Shown in pieces: positions 9,638 to 18,631 of a DNA stretch of 64,000 bases. Each line of letters opens with the position of its first letter. Position 1 is the first letter of the stretch. This stretch comes from an uncultured Acidobacteriaceae bacterium. GTDB lineage: Bacteria; Acidobacteriota; Terriglobia; Terriglobales; Acidobacteriaceae. The notes beneath the pieces were generated by a model, which did no database searches, was not told where the DNA came from, and saw nothing but the letters and a program-made list of their open reading frames with translations. Made by a program: the position numbers and the translations under genes. The DNA is taken from assembly GCA_963716385.1 (NCBI GenBank), contig OY970305.1, positions 2,187,614 to 2,251,613 on the forward strand, written 5' to 3'.

Positions 9638-10666
9638 ATGTCAATCATCGCAGGGATCGGATGGCACGTGATTGGGGCGGGAATGGCGGCGTCATTTTAT
9701 GCGCCCATTGAGAAGGTGAAGAAGTGGTCGTGGGAGACGACGTGGGCCGTGGCCGGCGTCTTCTCGTGGATTCTGCTTCCGATCTGCGTGAGCCTCGTCC
9801 TGCTTCCTGATTTTCGCGGCTTCTATGCATCGATGGGCCCGCACCTGCTGTTGAAAGTGGCCTTGTTTGGGGCCATGTGGGGCGTGGGCAACGTGAGTTA
9901 CGGCCTGACGATGCGCCATCTTGGCATGTCGCTGGGCATCGGTGTGGCCATCGGCGTGACGCTGATCGTGGGCACGCTGGTGCCGCCGCTGATGCACGGG
10001 CAGGGAGCGATGCTGTTCACCACCAGGGGCGGCCTGCTGACGCTGGCGGGCGTGCTGGTGGCGCTGGTGGGCGTGGCGGTGGTGAGCTGGGCTGGACATC
10101 GGAAGGAAGTGCAGCTGAAAGGGCATCTGGAAGAGTTCAACGTGGGGCTGGGGCTGCTGCTGGCGGTGCTGTGCGGGATTTTTTCGTCGGGGATGTCGTT
10201 CGCGATTGATGCGGCGAAGCCGATGCAGGATGCGGCGCTGCATCTGGGTGTGAATCCGCTGTATGCGGCGCTGCCGAGCTACGTGATCATCATGGGCGGC
10301 GGGGCGGTGGTGAACCTGGCGTATTGCTTTATCCGGCTGGGAACGCTGGAGCGGCTGAGCCTGAGAGCCGATCTGGCGCAGGAGGGCGCGACGCTCAGGA
10401 AGAATGCGCTGCTGGCGTCGACGGGCGGGATCATGTGGTACCTGCAGTTCTTCTTCTACGCGTGGGGCGCGGCGAACATTCCGCAGAACATGTCGTATGT
10501 GAACTGGATGCTGCACATGAGCATCTATGTGCTGTGCGGCGGACTGGTGGGGCTGGCGCTGGGCGAGTGGAAGGGCGTGCGGGGGCGAACGCTGCAACTG
10601 CTTTGGGCAGGGATCGTGATCATTATTGTGGCGGCCAACCTGGTGGGGCTGGGGATGGCGTCATAG
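9638..10666 (+). CDS. rhaT: L-rhamnose/proton symporter
   Basis: [51 protein letters not shown]; about 10 TM. SD AGGAGAAGGA before the ATG. Confidence 0.88.
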   Translation: MSIIAGIGWHVIGAGMAASFYAPIEKVKKWSWETTWAVAGVFSWILLPICVSLVLLPDFRGFYASMGPHLLLKVALFGAMWGVGNVSYGLTMRHLGMSLGIGVAIGVTLIVGTLVPPLMHGQGAMLFTTRGGLLTLAGVLVALVGVAVVSWAGHRKEVQLKGHLEEFNVGLGLLLAVLCGIFSSGMSFAIDAAKPMQDAALHLGVNPLYAALPSYVIIMGGGAVVNLAYCFIRLGTLERLSLRADLAQEGATLRKNALLASTGGIMWYLQFFFYAWGAANIPQNMSYVNWMLHMSIYVLCGGLVGLALGEWKGVRGRTLQLLWAGIVIIIVAANLVGLGMAS

Positions 10667-10687
10667 CGATCTTCGGAGGGTCGTGAA

Positions 10688-10723
10688 ACAGCAATGCCGG
10701 AGCTTTCGCTCCGGCATTGTTGT
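10688..10723. terminator. Bidirectional intrinsic terminator between rhaT and GH3
   Basis: ACAGCAATGCCGGAGC-TTTC-GCTCCGGCATTGTTGT, 16-bp stem with one G.U pair. Confidence 0.75.
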
Positions 10724-10738
10724 CTTGGTGCAGGTATT

Positions 10739-13447
10739 TCAGTTGATTGTCTGGTTGAGGCGAAGGTCGCGGGAGGATGCGCCTACGCTGAGGGTGCGTT
10801 TGCCGGTGGCAGTCACCCATTTGGTTTCCGCCGTGGACCAATACTGCAGCTGGCGCAGCGGAACGTGCATGGTGATCGTTTTGGTCTGGCCCGGATCAAG
10901 ATGGATGCGGTCGAAGGCGACCAGGGCACGCACAGGGAACTGCACTCCGGCGGGAATCTCACCGGGTGCGCCGAGGTAGACCTGTGGAACTTCGTCGCCC
11001 GCAACGCTGCCGGCGTTCTTGATGCTGACCTGCGCGTAGAGGCCGCCGTCAGGGGCTCTTTCGATGATGAGGTTGGAGTAATCGAAGGTGGTGTAGCTGA
11101 GGCCGTGGCCGAACGGGAAAAGCGGTGCAATATTTTCCTTGTCGAACCAGCGGTAGCCCACGTTGACGCCTTCGCTGTAGGTGGTCTTGCCGTCGACGCC
11201 CTTGAAGGAACGCTCGGGGTGTTTGGGATCGGTGGCGGGATAGTCGGCGAGGCTCTTGCCCCAGGTGACGGGCAGGCGGCCGGCGGGGCTGGACTTGCCC
11301 AGCAGCAGGTTGGCCGTGGACCAGCCGCCCTCGTCGCCCGGCCACCACATTTCAAGAACCGCCTTCACTTTGTTGACCCATGGCAGAGCCACGGGCTGGC
11401 TGGTGTTGAGCACCACGATGGTGTTGGGGTTGACGGCGGCGATTTCGTCGACGAGTTGGTTCTGGTCGCCGGGTAGGCCGAAGACCGGCTCGAGGCGCGT
11501 CCAGAGAAAGACGACCGCGACCTTGGCGCTTTTGGCGGCGGCGATGGCGGCTTCGTGGTCGGCCGTGCGCTGCTCGGGCGTGTACCAGTTGAGGCGCACC
11601 TGGACGGGCGCGTTGGAGGTGTCGGGGCTGGTCTTGATTTCGATTTCGTGCGCACCGGCGGTCAACTCAACTGCGCGGCGCACGTTGTCGAGTCCATCAG
11701 GGGTGGGGACGACGTTGTCCTGGTTGGCCTGGAGGATGTCGCCATGGACGCCGCCCTGAAAGGCTCCGGTGCGAGCCAGGGGTTTGCCGTCGATGGCGAT
11801 GTTGGCGTTGGTGCCGAGAGCCTGGAGATAGATCCAATATTCGCCGGCGTGGGGCACGGTGAGCGAGCCCTTCCAGGTGATGACGGAGTTGGGCGCGAGG
11901 GCATGGTCGCCGGTGAAGTTGAGTTCGGCGTCGGTTTGCGGCGCGCCCGAGCCGGTGCGTTCAAGACCAGGCTTGCCATCATGGCTCAGCGCCCCGGCGG
12001 GCACAGTGGTGCCGGTCATGTCGTCGTTGACGGCGAACTGGATGTTCGCGTTGCCGGAGATCTGCTTCATGGCGGCCAGTGGGCCGACTTCGCGCCACGG
12101 CAACCCAACAGAACGCTCGCCGTTGATGCCGATCGAATCCACCTGGCCGGCGGTGGGGCCGATGAGAACGACAGAATCTAGATCGGCTGCCTTGAGGGGC
12201 AGGGCGCTGTCCTCGTTCTTCAGGAGCACGGCGGCATCTTCGCCGGTCTTCTCAATGATCTTTGCGTTGGCGTCGATGTCCTGCGCGGTGACTTCGTGCT
12301 TCTGCTCGCCGTCCATGTAGCCGAAGTGGACGATCTCATAAAGCACGCGGCCTGCGGCGCGGGTGACGGCGGCCTCGTTCACCGCGCCGTTCTTGAGGGC
12401 TTCAGGCATTTTTTCAGGATGGAGCTTGACGCCGAAGTCGCCCATGCCGCCGCGCTCCGGGGCCGGCTCTTCGGGGATGTGGCCGCCAAACATGGCCATC
12501 ATGTCGGCCATGGCCGCGGCAGGACGGGCCGGCGGCGGGGGAGGTACGGGCAATGAATCAAAAAAGGAAGGAATGGAGAAGGCTGCGCCGGCCTTGGGTT
12601 CGCCCGGCATCTCCATGTCCAGGCCGGCATTGAGGAAGTTGACGGCGTGGACAGCGCCCCAGTCGGAGGTGACGAAGCCCTTGAAGCCGATCTCATCGCG
12701 CAGGATTTTAGTGAGCGTGGATTCGTTGCCGCAGGCAAACGTGCCGTTGACGCGGTTGTAGGAGCACATGATGGAGGAGACGCCGGCCTTGACCGCGGCA
12801 TCGAACGGGGCCACGTAGACCTCGTGGAGGGTCTGGTCGTCCACGAAGATGTTGCCGCTGTTGGAGTCGTAGGCCACGTAATGCTTGACCTGGGCCATCA
12901 CGTGCTGCGACTGGATGCCCTTGATCTCGGCCGCGCCGATCTGGCTGGTGAGGAAGGGATCTTCGCCGAAGGTGTTGTAGCCGCGGCCGAACTCGAGGTC
13001 GCGATCGATGTTGACGAAGGGCTGCAGGGAAACGTCGATGCCGAGGGCGCGATCTTCGCGTCCGATCACCACGCCGTTCCACTCGGCGTCTTTCAGGCTG
13101 AAGGTGGCGGCGACGCCCATGGTGGCGGTTTCACCTGGCGAGGGATGGCGCGTGAGCACGCCCGGCGGCCCATCGGCAAAGCGCAGCCCCGGAATGCCGA
13201 GGCGCGGGACTCCGGCGAGATAGCCGGCCTGGCCCTGGTAGACCGTCGGGCCTTCCTGAGTGCCATGGATCAGCGTGAGCTTTTCCTGAAGCGTCATCTG
13301 GCTGAGAAGTTTGTCGACGCGGGCGTCGCCTGTGACGACCGGCACGGTCTGTGCCAGCGCCAAGGTTGCGCCCAGCAGCAGAGCCGCCGCCACGAACACG
13401 GGCCGATAGGCCGCGCGCAGTTTTTTTGAGTTTTGCATGGATTTCAC
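10739..13447 (-). CDS. Secreted GH3 beta-glucosidase with PA14-like insert and FnIII domain
   Basis: GRGYNTFGEDP, VKHYV, IMCSYN, GFVTSDWGA (catalytic Asp), GYRWFD, PLFPFGHGLSYTTF. Confidence 0.9.
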   Translation of the reverse strand: MKSMQNSKKLRAAYRPVFVAAALLLGATLALAQTVPVVTGDARVDKLLSQMTLQEKLTLIHGTQEGPTVYQGQAGYLAGVPRLGIPGLRFADGPPGVLTRHPSPGETATMGVAATFSLKDAEWNGVVIGREDRALGIDVSLQPFVNIDRDLEFGRGYNTFGEDPFLTSQIGAAEIKGIQSQHVMAQVKHYVAYDSNSGNIFVDDQTLHEVYVAPFDAAVKAGVSSIMCSYNRVNGTFACGNESTLTKILRDEIGFKGFVTSDWGAVHAVNFLNAGLDMEMPGEPKAGAAFSIPSFFDSLPVPPPPPARPAAAMADMMAMFGGHIPEEPAPERGGMGDFGVKLHPEKMPEALKNGAVNEAAVTRAAGRVLYEIVHFGYMDGEQKHEVTAQDIDANAKIIEKTGEDAAVLLKNEDSALPLKAADLDSVVLIGPTAGQVDSIGINGERSVGLPWREVGPLAAMKQISGNANIQFAVNDDMTGTTVPAGALSHDGKPGLERTGSGAPQTDAELNFTGDHALAPNSVITWKGSLTVPHAGEYWIYLQALGTNANIAIDGKPLARTGAFQGGVHGDILQANQDNVVPTPDGLDNVRRAVELTAGAHEIEIKTSPDTSNAPVQVRLNWYTPEQRTADHEAAIAAAKSAKVAVVFLWTRLEPVFGLPGDQNQLVDEIAAVNPNTIVVLNTSQPVALPWVNKVKAVLEMWWPGDEGGWSTANLLLGKSSPAGRLPVTWGKSLADYPATDPKHPERSFKGVDGKTTYSEGVNVGYRWFDKENIAPLFPFGHGLSYTTFDYSNLIIERAPDGGLYAQVSIKNAGSVAGDEVPQVYLGAPGEIPAGVQFPVRALVAFDRIHLDPGQTKTITMHVPLRQLQYWSTAETKWVTATGKRTLSVGASSRDLRLNQTIN

Positions 13448-13647
13448 TGGTGCCCCCTACTGCTGTTCTGGACGGGTCAGCCTCACGGCGGGACGCAGCC
13501 ATCCCGCTGAATTTTTCAGGTTGCGGCAGCCAGATAAACGTTTGAGCTGGCCCGCAGATGCCGCCGGCAAACAAGTGTACTGCATGCGGCGATGGTTCGG
13601 CTGCCGGGCGCGCGGGGAGGGGGATGGTCAGAGACGGGAAGCCGCCT

Positions 13648-14280
13648 TCAGGCGGGCAGCGGGAGTGCCTTGTCGAGCCCTGCCGCGACAAGGTCGGCGC
13701 GCAACTGCTCGACGGTCGAGAACAGAAGCGCCGGCATGCCCAGGTCGCGCGCGGCCTCGACGTTGATCTGTTTGTCGTCGATGAAGAGGGCCTCATCGGG
13801 GCGCGTGCCGAGGCGCTGAAGGGTGTAGTGATAGATGGCGGGGTCGGGCTTGGCCATGTGGAGCTGGTAGCTCCATACCAGCACGTCAAAGCGGCCGAGC
13901 CAGTCGAACTCGCGCTGGATGCTTTCGAGCACGGAGTCGCCCATGTTGGACAGGATTGCGGTGAGCAGGCCGTGCTGCTTGAGTTGCATCTGCCAGGCGA
14001 GCATGGCGGTATTCTGCGTGGTCCACATGCGCGCGTCCCAGCGGTTCAGCTCTTCGACGGCAGACGGGCCGAGATGGAGACCGGCGTCAGAGAGAAACTT
14101 CTCCCAGAAGGTGATGCCGGTGAGCTTGCCTTCGTCGTAGGCATGGCGGTCGGCCCAGTAGAGCGGCTCGAAACGGTCCCGCGGCAGCCCGGTGATGCGC
14201 AGCAGGGCGGCGTGCGCCGGGGGGTCGGGGGAGCCGGTCAGCACCATTCCGTAGTCGAAGATCACCGCGCGCAGAGCCAA
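13648..14280 (-). CDS. HAD family phosphatase
   Basis: AVIFDYGMVL, ILSN, KPDPAIY, LFIDDKQINV. TTG start after GGAGG. Confidence 0.85.
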   Translation of the reverse strand: MALRAVIFDYGMVLTGSPDPPAHAALLRITGLPRDRFEPLYWADRHAYDEGKLTGITFWEKFLSDAGLHLGPSAVEELNRWDARMWTTQNTAMLAWQMQLKQHGLLTAILSNMGDSVLESIQREFDWLGRFDVLVWSYQLHMAKPDPAIYHYTLQRLGTRPDEALFIDDKQINVEAARDLGMPALLFSTVEQLRADLVAAGLDKALPLPA

Positions 14281-14425
14281 TGTGCCTCCCAGGGAACGCC
14301 CGTGTATGGTGGAAAGGACGCCAGCTCTTATTGTGCACGATGGTTGTGGATGGGCACCTTGTGGTCGGGTAGCTTGAGCGGCGGTGAATGTGCGAAGGGA
14401 TTCAGGTTCGAGGCAGGCAGGCGTA

Positions 14426-15607
14426 ATGCGCTTTTCGCGGAGAACGGATTGGAACACGGAGGAGAGCGAGCTGGCGCGGGCCTATCGGCGGCGTGTGCAG
14501 GCGGGCCTCGCGGTTGCCGACCTGACCGCCTCGAATCCGACGCGCTGCGGATTTGTGTATGAAGAGGGGCTGCTGGCGGCGCTGGCCGATGAGCGGGCGC
14601 TCGATTACGATCCGCAGCCGCGGGGATTGCTGTGCGCGCGCGAGGCGGTGTGTGCGTACTATGCCGGGCACGGGGTGACGGTTGCGCCCGAACAGATTGT
14701 GCTGACGACCAGCACCAGCGAGGCCTACAGCTTCCTGTTCCGGCTGCTGTGCGACACGGGCAGCGAGATTCTGGTTCCGCAGCCGGGCTATCCGCTGTTT
14801 GATTTCCTGGCGGGACTGGATGACGTGGTGCTTAAGCCCGCGCCGCTGATCTATGACTATGGATGGCAGATCGATCCGGAAGGGGTTCGCAGGGCCATCA
14901 CCCCTGAGTCGCGAGCCATTGTGCTGGTTCACCCCAACAATCCGACAGGGCACTTCACCAAACCGTGGGAGGCGGAGGAGCTGGGGCGGCTTTGCCGCCA
15001 GCACGGGCTCTCGCTCATCGTGGATGAGGTGTTTCTGGACTACGGGTTTGGCGACGGAGGGCGGAGTTTTGCGGCGGGGCTGGAGGGTGTGCCGGTCTTC
15101 GTAGTGAGCGGGCTGAGCAAGATCGCCGGGCTGCCGCAGATGAAGGTGGCGTGGGTTGTGGCGACCGGGCCAGCGCGAAGCGAGGCGCTGGATCGGCTGG
15201 AGGTGATTGCCGATACCTTCCTCTCCATGAACGCGCCGGTGCAGGGTGCGCTGCCCAGGTGGCTGGAGGGGCGGGAAGCGATCCAGCGGCAGATCCGGGA
15301 GCGGGTGGCAGCCAACCTGGCCGAGTTGGACCGCCAGCTTGGCGGGCAGGAGGCGATTCGGCGGCTCGAGGTGGAAGGCGGCTGGTACGCGGTGCTGCGG
15401 ATTCCAGCCCTGCAGCCGGACGAGCAGACGGTGCTCGACTTGCTAGAGCGCGGGGTCTGGGTGCATCCGGGCTACTTCTTCGGGATGGAGGCGTCGGGGT
15501 GGCTGGTGGTCAGCCTGCTGGGTTCGGCGCGCGACTTCAGCACCGGAGTAGCCACTCTTGTTACGTTTCTGGGAACGCATCAAGGTGGTAACAGGGGCAG
15601 GTTTTAG
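14426..15607 (+). CDS. PLP-dependent aminotransferase class I/II
   Basis: TSTSEAY, PGYPLF, HPNNPTG, IVDEVF, SGLSKIAGLPQMKVAW. Confidence 0.88.
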   Translation: MRFSRRTDWNTEESELARAYRRRVQAGLAVADLTASNPTRCGFVYEEGLLAALADERALDYDPQPRGLLCAREAVCAYYAGHGVTVAPEQIVLTTSTSEAYSFLFRLLCDTGSEILVPQPGYPLFDFLAGLDDVVLKPAPLIYDYGWQIDPEGVRRAITPESRAIVLVHPNNPTGHFTKPWEAEELGRLCRQHGLSLIVDEVFLDYGFGDGGRSFAAGLEGVPVFVVSGLSKIAGLPQMKVAWVVATGPARSEALDRLEVIADTFLSMNAPVQGALPRWLEGREAIQRQIRERVAANLAELDRQLGGQEAIRRLEVEGGWYAVLRIPALQPDEQTVLDLLERGVWVHPGYFFGMEASGWLVVSLLGSARDFSTGVATLVTFLGTHQGGNRGRF

Positions 15608-15617
15608 CATGATGTGT

Positions 15618-15633
15618 AACTTTATATAAAGTT
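15618..15633. other. Perfect 16-bp AT-rich palindrome AACTTTATATAAAGTT
   Basis: Read directly in the spacer between two convergent genes. Function unknown. Confidence 0.6.
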
Positions 15634-15680
15634 CGCAACGTGCTCATCATACAGTAGATATATGCCGCGCTCTCCATTCC

Positions 15681-16313
15681 TTACTGCGGGCGCAGAAAGG
15701 GGTTCAGACGGCGCTCTTTGCCGATGGTGGTGGCGGGGCCGTGGCCGGAAATGACCTTTGTCTCATCGGGCAGGGGCAGCAGGCGGGATTCAATCGAATC
15801 GATGATCTGGCTGAAGTTGCCGCCGGGCAGATCGGTGCGGCCGATGCTGCCGGCAAAGAGCGTGTCGCCGGCGATGACCATCTTGAGCGGGGCAAAATGA
15901 AGGCTGACCGAACCCTGGGTGTGGCCGGGGGTGTAGAGGACCTGGGCGGGGTAGTTGGGGAGGCCGACGCGCTGACCTTCGACGAGGTTCTCGTCGGGCG
16001 GGGCGGTCTCAGGGGGTTCGATGCCGAGCCATGCGGCCTGCGCCGCCATCATTTTGAGCAAGGGCAGGTCGTTTTCGTTGAGCAGGATGGGGGCGCCGGT
16101 GAAGCGCTTCAGGCGGAGAGCGCCGCCGACGTGGTCGATGTGGGCGTGGGTGACGAGGATCTGTTTGAGCTTGAGGCCGAGCTCGGCGAGACGGCGATGG
16201 ATGCGGCCGACCTCGTCGCCGGGATCGATGACGATCGCTTCGCCGGTCGTCTCGTCGCCAAGGATGGTGCAGTTGCATTGCAGCGGGCCTACGGGAAAGG
16301 TCTCAAGGATCAT
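15681..16313 (-). CDS. MBL-fold metallo-hydrolase (glyoxalase II-like)
   Basis: THAHIDHVGG, TPGHTQGS, GDTLF, GHG. Confidence 0.9.
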   Translation of the reverse strand: MILETFPVGPLQCNCTILGDETTGEAIVIDPGDEVGRIHRRLAELGLKLKQILVTHAHIDHVGGALRLKRFTGAPILLNENDLPLLKMMAAQAAWLGIEPPETAPPDENLVEGQRVGLPNYPAQVLYTPGHTQGSVSLHFAPLKMVIAGDTLFAGSIGRTDLPGGNFSQIIDSIESRLLPLPDETKVISGHGPATTIGKERRLNPFLRPQ

Positions 16314-16371
16314 GGGTCTATTTTAGAGCGAGGTTTAGAGCGGGCGAACTGGGCATCAGCGCTGGAATGAG

Positions 16372-16400
16372 AAAAGGCAGACCGCGCAGGGCCTGCCTTT
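16372..16400 (-). terminator. Intrinsic terminator after secG
   Basis: On the minus strand AAAGGCAGGCC-CTGCGC-GGTCTGCCTTTT. Confidence 0.65.
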
Positions 16401-16448
16401 CCTTGGTATGGATATGCACTTCACGCAGCCTGAATGGCCCGGCGCGGG

Positions 16449-16754
16449 CTATTTGCCGGACTTTGCCGGGGCCGAGATGGGCGCTGTGTTGTCCAGCACG
16501 GAGCTGCCGTGGACGGAGCGCTCGTAGAGGATGGTGAGCGTGAGCGAGGTGCACATGAAGAGGATCGCCGACCAGGTGGTGAGCCGGGTGAGCACGTTGG
16601 CCGCCGCGCGGGGGCCGAAGGCGGTCTGCGAGCCCTGGCCGCCGAAAGCGCCTGCCAGATCCGCCGAGCGGCCCTGCTGCAGCAGGACGACACCGATGAG
16701 GAACAGGCTGACGATGACGTGCACGACGATGACGACGTAGAAGAAAATCTGCAT
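16449..16754 (-). CDS. secG: Preprotein translocase subunit SecG
   Basis: VLLQQGRSADLAGAFGGQGSQTAFG...LTRLT; two TM helices. Confidence 0.93.
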   Translation of the reverse strand: MQIFFYVVIVVHVIVSLFLIGVVLLQQGRSADLAGAFGGQGSQTAFGPRAAANVLTRLTTWSAILFMCTSLTLTILYERSVHGSSVLDNTAPISAPAKSGK

Positions 16755-16807
16755 TGCGTAATCTGCTTTCCGGGCCATGTCCAGGTTGGCCCGGACAGGA
16801 AGATCTT

Positions 16808-16892
16808 TGGTGCGGAGGAGGGGACTTGAACCCCTATGCCTTGCGGCGCTAGCACCTCAAGCTAGTGCGTCTGCCAATTTCGCCACCTCCGC
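16808..16892 (-). tRNA. tRNA-Leu (GAG)
   Basis: GCGGAGG/CCTCCGC acceptor stem plus encoded CCA; anticodon arm CTAGC-TTGAGGT-GCTAG; long variable arm; GTTCAAG T-loop; 85 nt. Confidence 0.96.
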
Positions 16893-16909
16893 ACGGGGTG
16901 AACCTTTTG

Positions 16910-16918
16910 AGTATATCA
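16910..16918 (-). promoter_or_regulatory. Extended -10 promoter (TGaTATACT) of tRNA-Leu/secG
   Basis: Reverse complement of AGTATATCA, 17 nt from the tRNA 5' end. Confidence 0.6.
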
Positions 16919-17001
16919 AAGGTTGAGCGGGCAGGTATCGCGGGAAGGGAGCGCGTCGGGCTTCGCGTGGCGGCGCGCGCAGAACCTTGTCTGCCGCTGT
17001 T

Positions 17002-17637
17002 TCAGGGGGTCTGCCCAATGCCGAGCCGCGACATCCAGGCGGCCAGTGCTTGCTGGTCGGGGGTTCCGGCGGCGTGGGCGGCGTGGACGTTGCCGCGTTC
17101 CTGCGGCGCGCGGTTCTGGCTGATTTTGAACTTGCCTTCAATCCGCGCGATGGGGATGCGGAAGCCGACGATGCCGGCCAGCATGGTGCGGCGGAAGCCC
17201 TCGGGCAGCCCGCGCCAGTGCTCGGCATAGGCCGGTTCATGCTGCGCAATCAGCCTACTCAGCAGCGCGTCCTTGCCGGGTTCGTCTTCGACCAGTTGCA
17301 CTGTGCCGTAGGCGTGGATGGCGATGTAGTTCCAGGTGGGAACGGAGAGGGGGTCGGTGTAGAGGGCGGGCGAGACATAGCTGTGCGGGCCGGGGAAGAC
17401 GATCAGTGTTTCCCGGCCGGCGAGCGATTGCCAGTGGCGATTGGCGCGGGCGAAGTGGCCTTCGAGCGTGCCGTGCTCGCCCTCGTCCTGGACGACCAGC
17501 GGGAGATGCGTGGCCACGGGAGACGACGCGGGCTCGGGGCCTGATTGCGCGCTGAACAGGATAGCGAAGGAGTAGGCGCGCATGGCTTCGATGAGAATGC
17601 TGCGATCGGTGACCTGATTGAAATTGGGCGTGTACAT
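17002..17637 (-). CDS. FMN-binding negative transcriptional regulator (PaiB family)
   Basis: MYTP..F, ATHLP, GHFARAN, GPHSYVSP, VPTWNYIAIH, GKFKISQNR. Confidence 0.88.
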   Translation of the reverse strand: MYTPNFNQVTDRSILIEAMRAYSFAILFSAQSGPEPASSPVATHLPLVVQDEGEHGTLEGHFARANRHWQSLAGRETLIVFPGPHSYVSPALYTDPLSVPTWNYIAIHAYGTVQLVEDEPGKDALLSRLIAQHEPAYAEHWRGLPEGFRRTMLAGIVGFRIPIARIEGKFKISQNRAPQERGNVHAAHAAGTPDQQALAAWMSRLGIGQTP

Positions 17638-17710
17638 GGGGCTCCCGCGAAGGAAAGTGGATGGTCATCACACTGACAGTTGACATGCCGATGCTAGAAT
17701 TCCGGCCATC

Positions 17711-18607
17711 ATGAAGAATGGAATCCTGGCTCTCGTCCGCATGGCGGCGGAGCGGCTGCTTGCCTTGCTTGCATTGGCGGGGCTGTTTGCCGCCATCTAC
17801 TTTCTCGGCGTTCGTCCCCAGCAACTGCGCTGGGGTGCGACGGCGGCGGAAGTAGCTCGTGCCATGCCCGGAGACGGCCTGGTGCGCCACCCGACATTCT
17901 ACGCGACGCGGGCCATCACGATTACTGGTAGGCCGGACGATATCTGGCCCTGGCTGGCACAGATGGGGTATGACCGGGCCGGCTTCTACGGCTACGACCT
18001 GATCGAGAATCTCGGCAGCACAACGGGACTTCGCAGCGCCGCATCGATTCTCCCCCGGTTGCAGCATCCGCAGACCGGCGAGACGCTTCCCATCAGCTCG
18101 GTTGCCCATATGGTCTTTGGAGAAATCCAACCAGGCAGCTACCTCATCTGGAGGGCGGAAGGGAACCCGCCGGATGGAGTGTTCACCTGGGCGCTCTATC
18201 CGCTGGATGCGCGCCATACGCGCCTGGTCAGCCGCATTCGTTTGCACTACCACTGGACGAACCAGCAACAGCTGGCGCTGTACCTGTTTACCGAGTTCGC
18301 CGATCATGTGGCCGTGCCCAAGATTCTGCAAGGGATAAAGGACCGTGTGGAAGGCCGCCCCGCTGAGTCGCTCGCTGCGCAGGCGGTGGAGATTGCGGCC
18401 TGGCTCCTGGCCATGGCAGAGTGCGCGGCTGCATTCTGGTTCGTGCTCCGCTGGCGTCGCTGGGGGCGGGCCTGGCTGCTGGCGCTAGGATCGGGTCCGG
18501 TGCTGCTGTTTGCCCTGTATGCCCATGCGCCAGTCTGGTGGAGCGCCGCGCTTGTCTTGTTGTGGGGAGCCGCACTGGCTTTCGCCCGCAAGGCTCAATC
18601 ACAGTGA
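17711..18607 (+). CDS. Membrane-anchored SRPBCC-like protein
   Basis: WGAT.AEV.RAMPGD, TRAITI, IWPWLAQMGYDRAGFYGYDLIENL; N- and C-terminal TM segments. Confidence 0.65.
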   Translation: MKNGILALVRMAAERLLALLALAGLFAAIYFLGVRPQQLRWGATAAEVARAMPGDGLVRHPTFYATRAITITGRPDDIWPWLAQMGYDRAGFYGYDLIENLGSTTGLRSAASILPRLQHPQTGETLPISSVAHMVFGEIQPGSYLIWRAEGNPPDGVFTWALYPLDARHTRLVSRIRLHYHWTNQQQLALYLFTEFADHVAVPKILQGIKDRVEGRPAESLAAQAVEIAAWLLAMAECAAAFWFVLRWRRWGRAWLLALGSGPVLLFALYAHAPVWWSAALVLLWGAALAFARKAQSQ

Positions 18608-18631
18608 TTCTTGGTTTTCAACCTGCCGTTC

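Noticed and set aside
15609-15650. dif site
   Set aside because: No TTATGTTAAAT-like XerD arm and no 11-6-11 layout; kept only as an unexplained palindrome.
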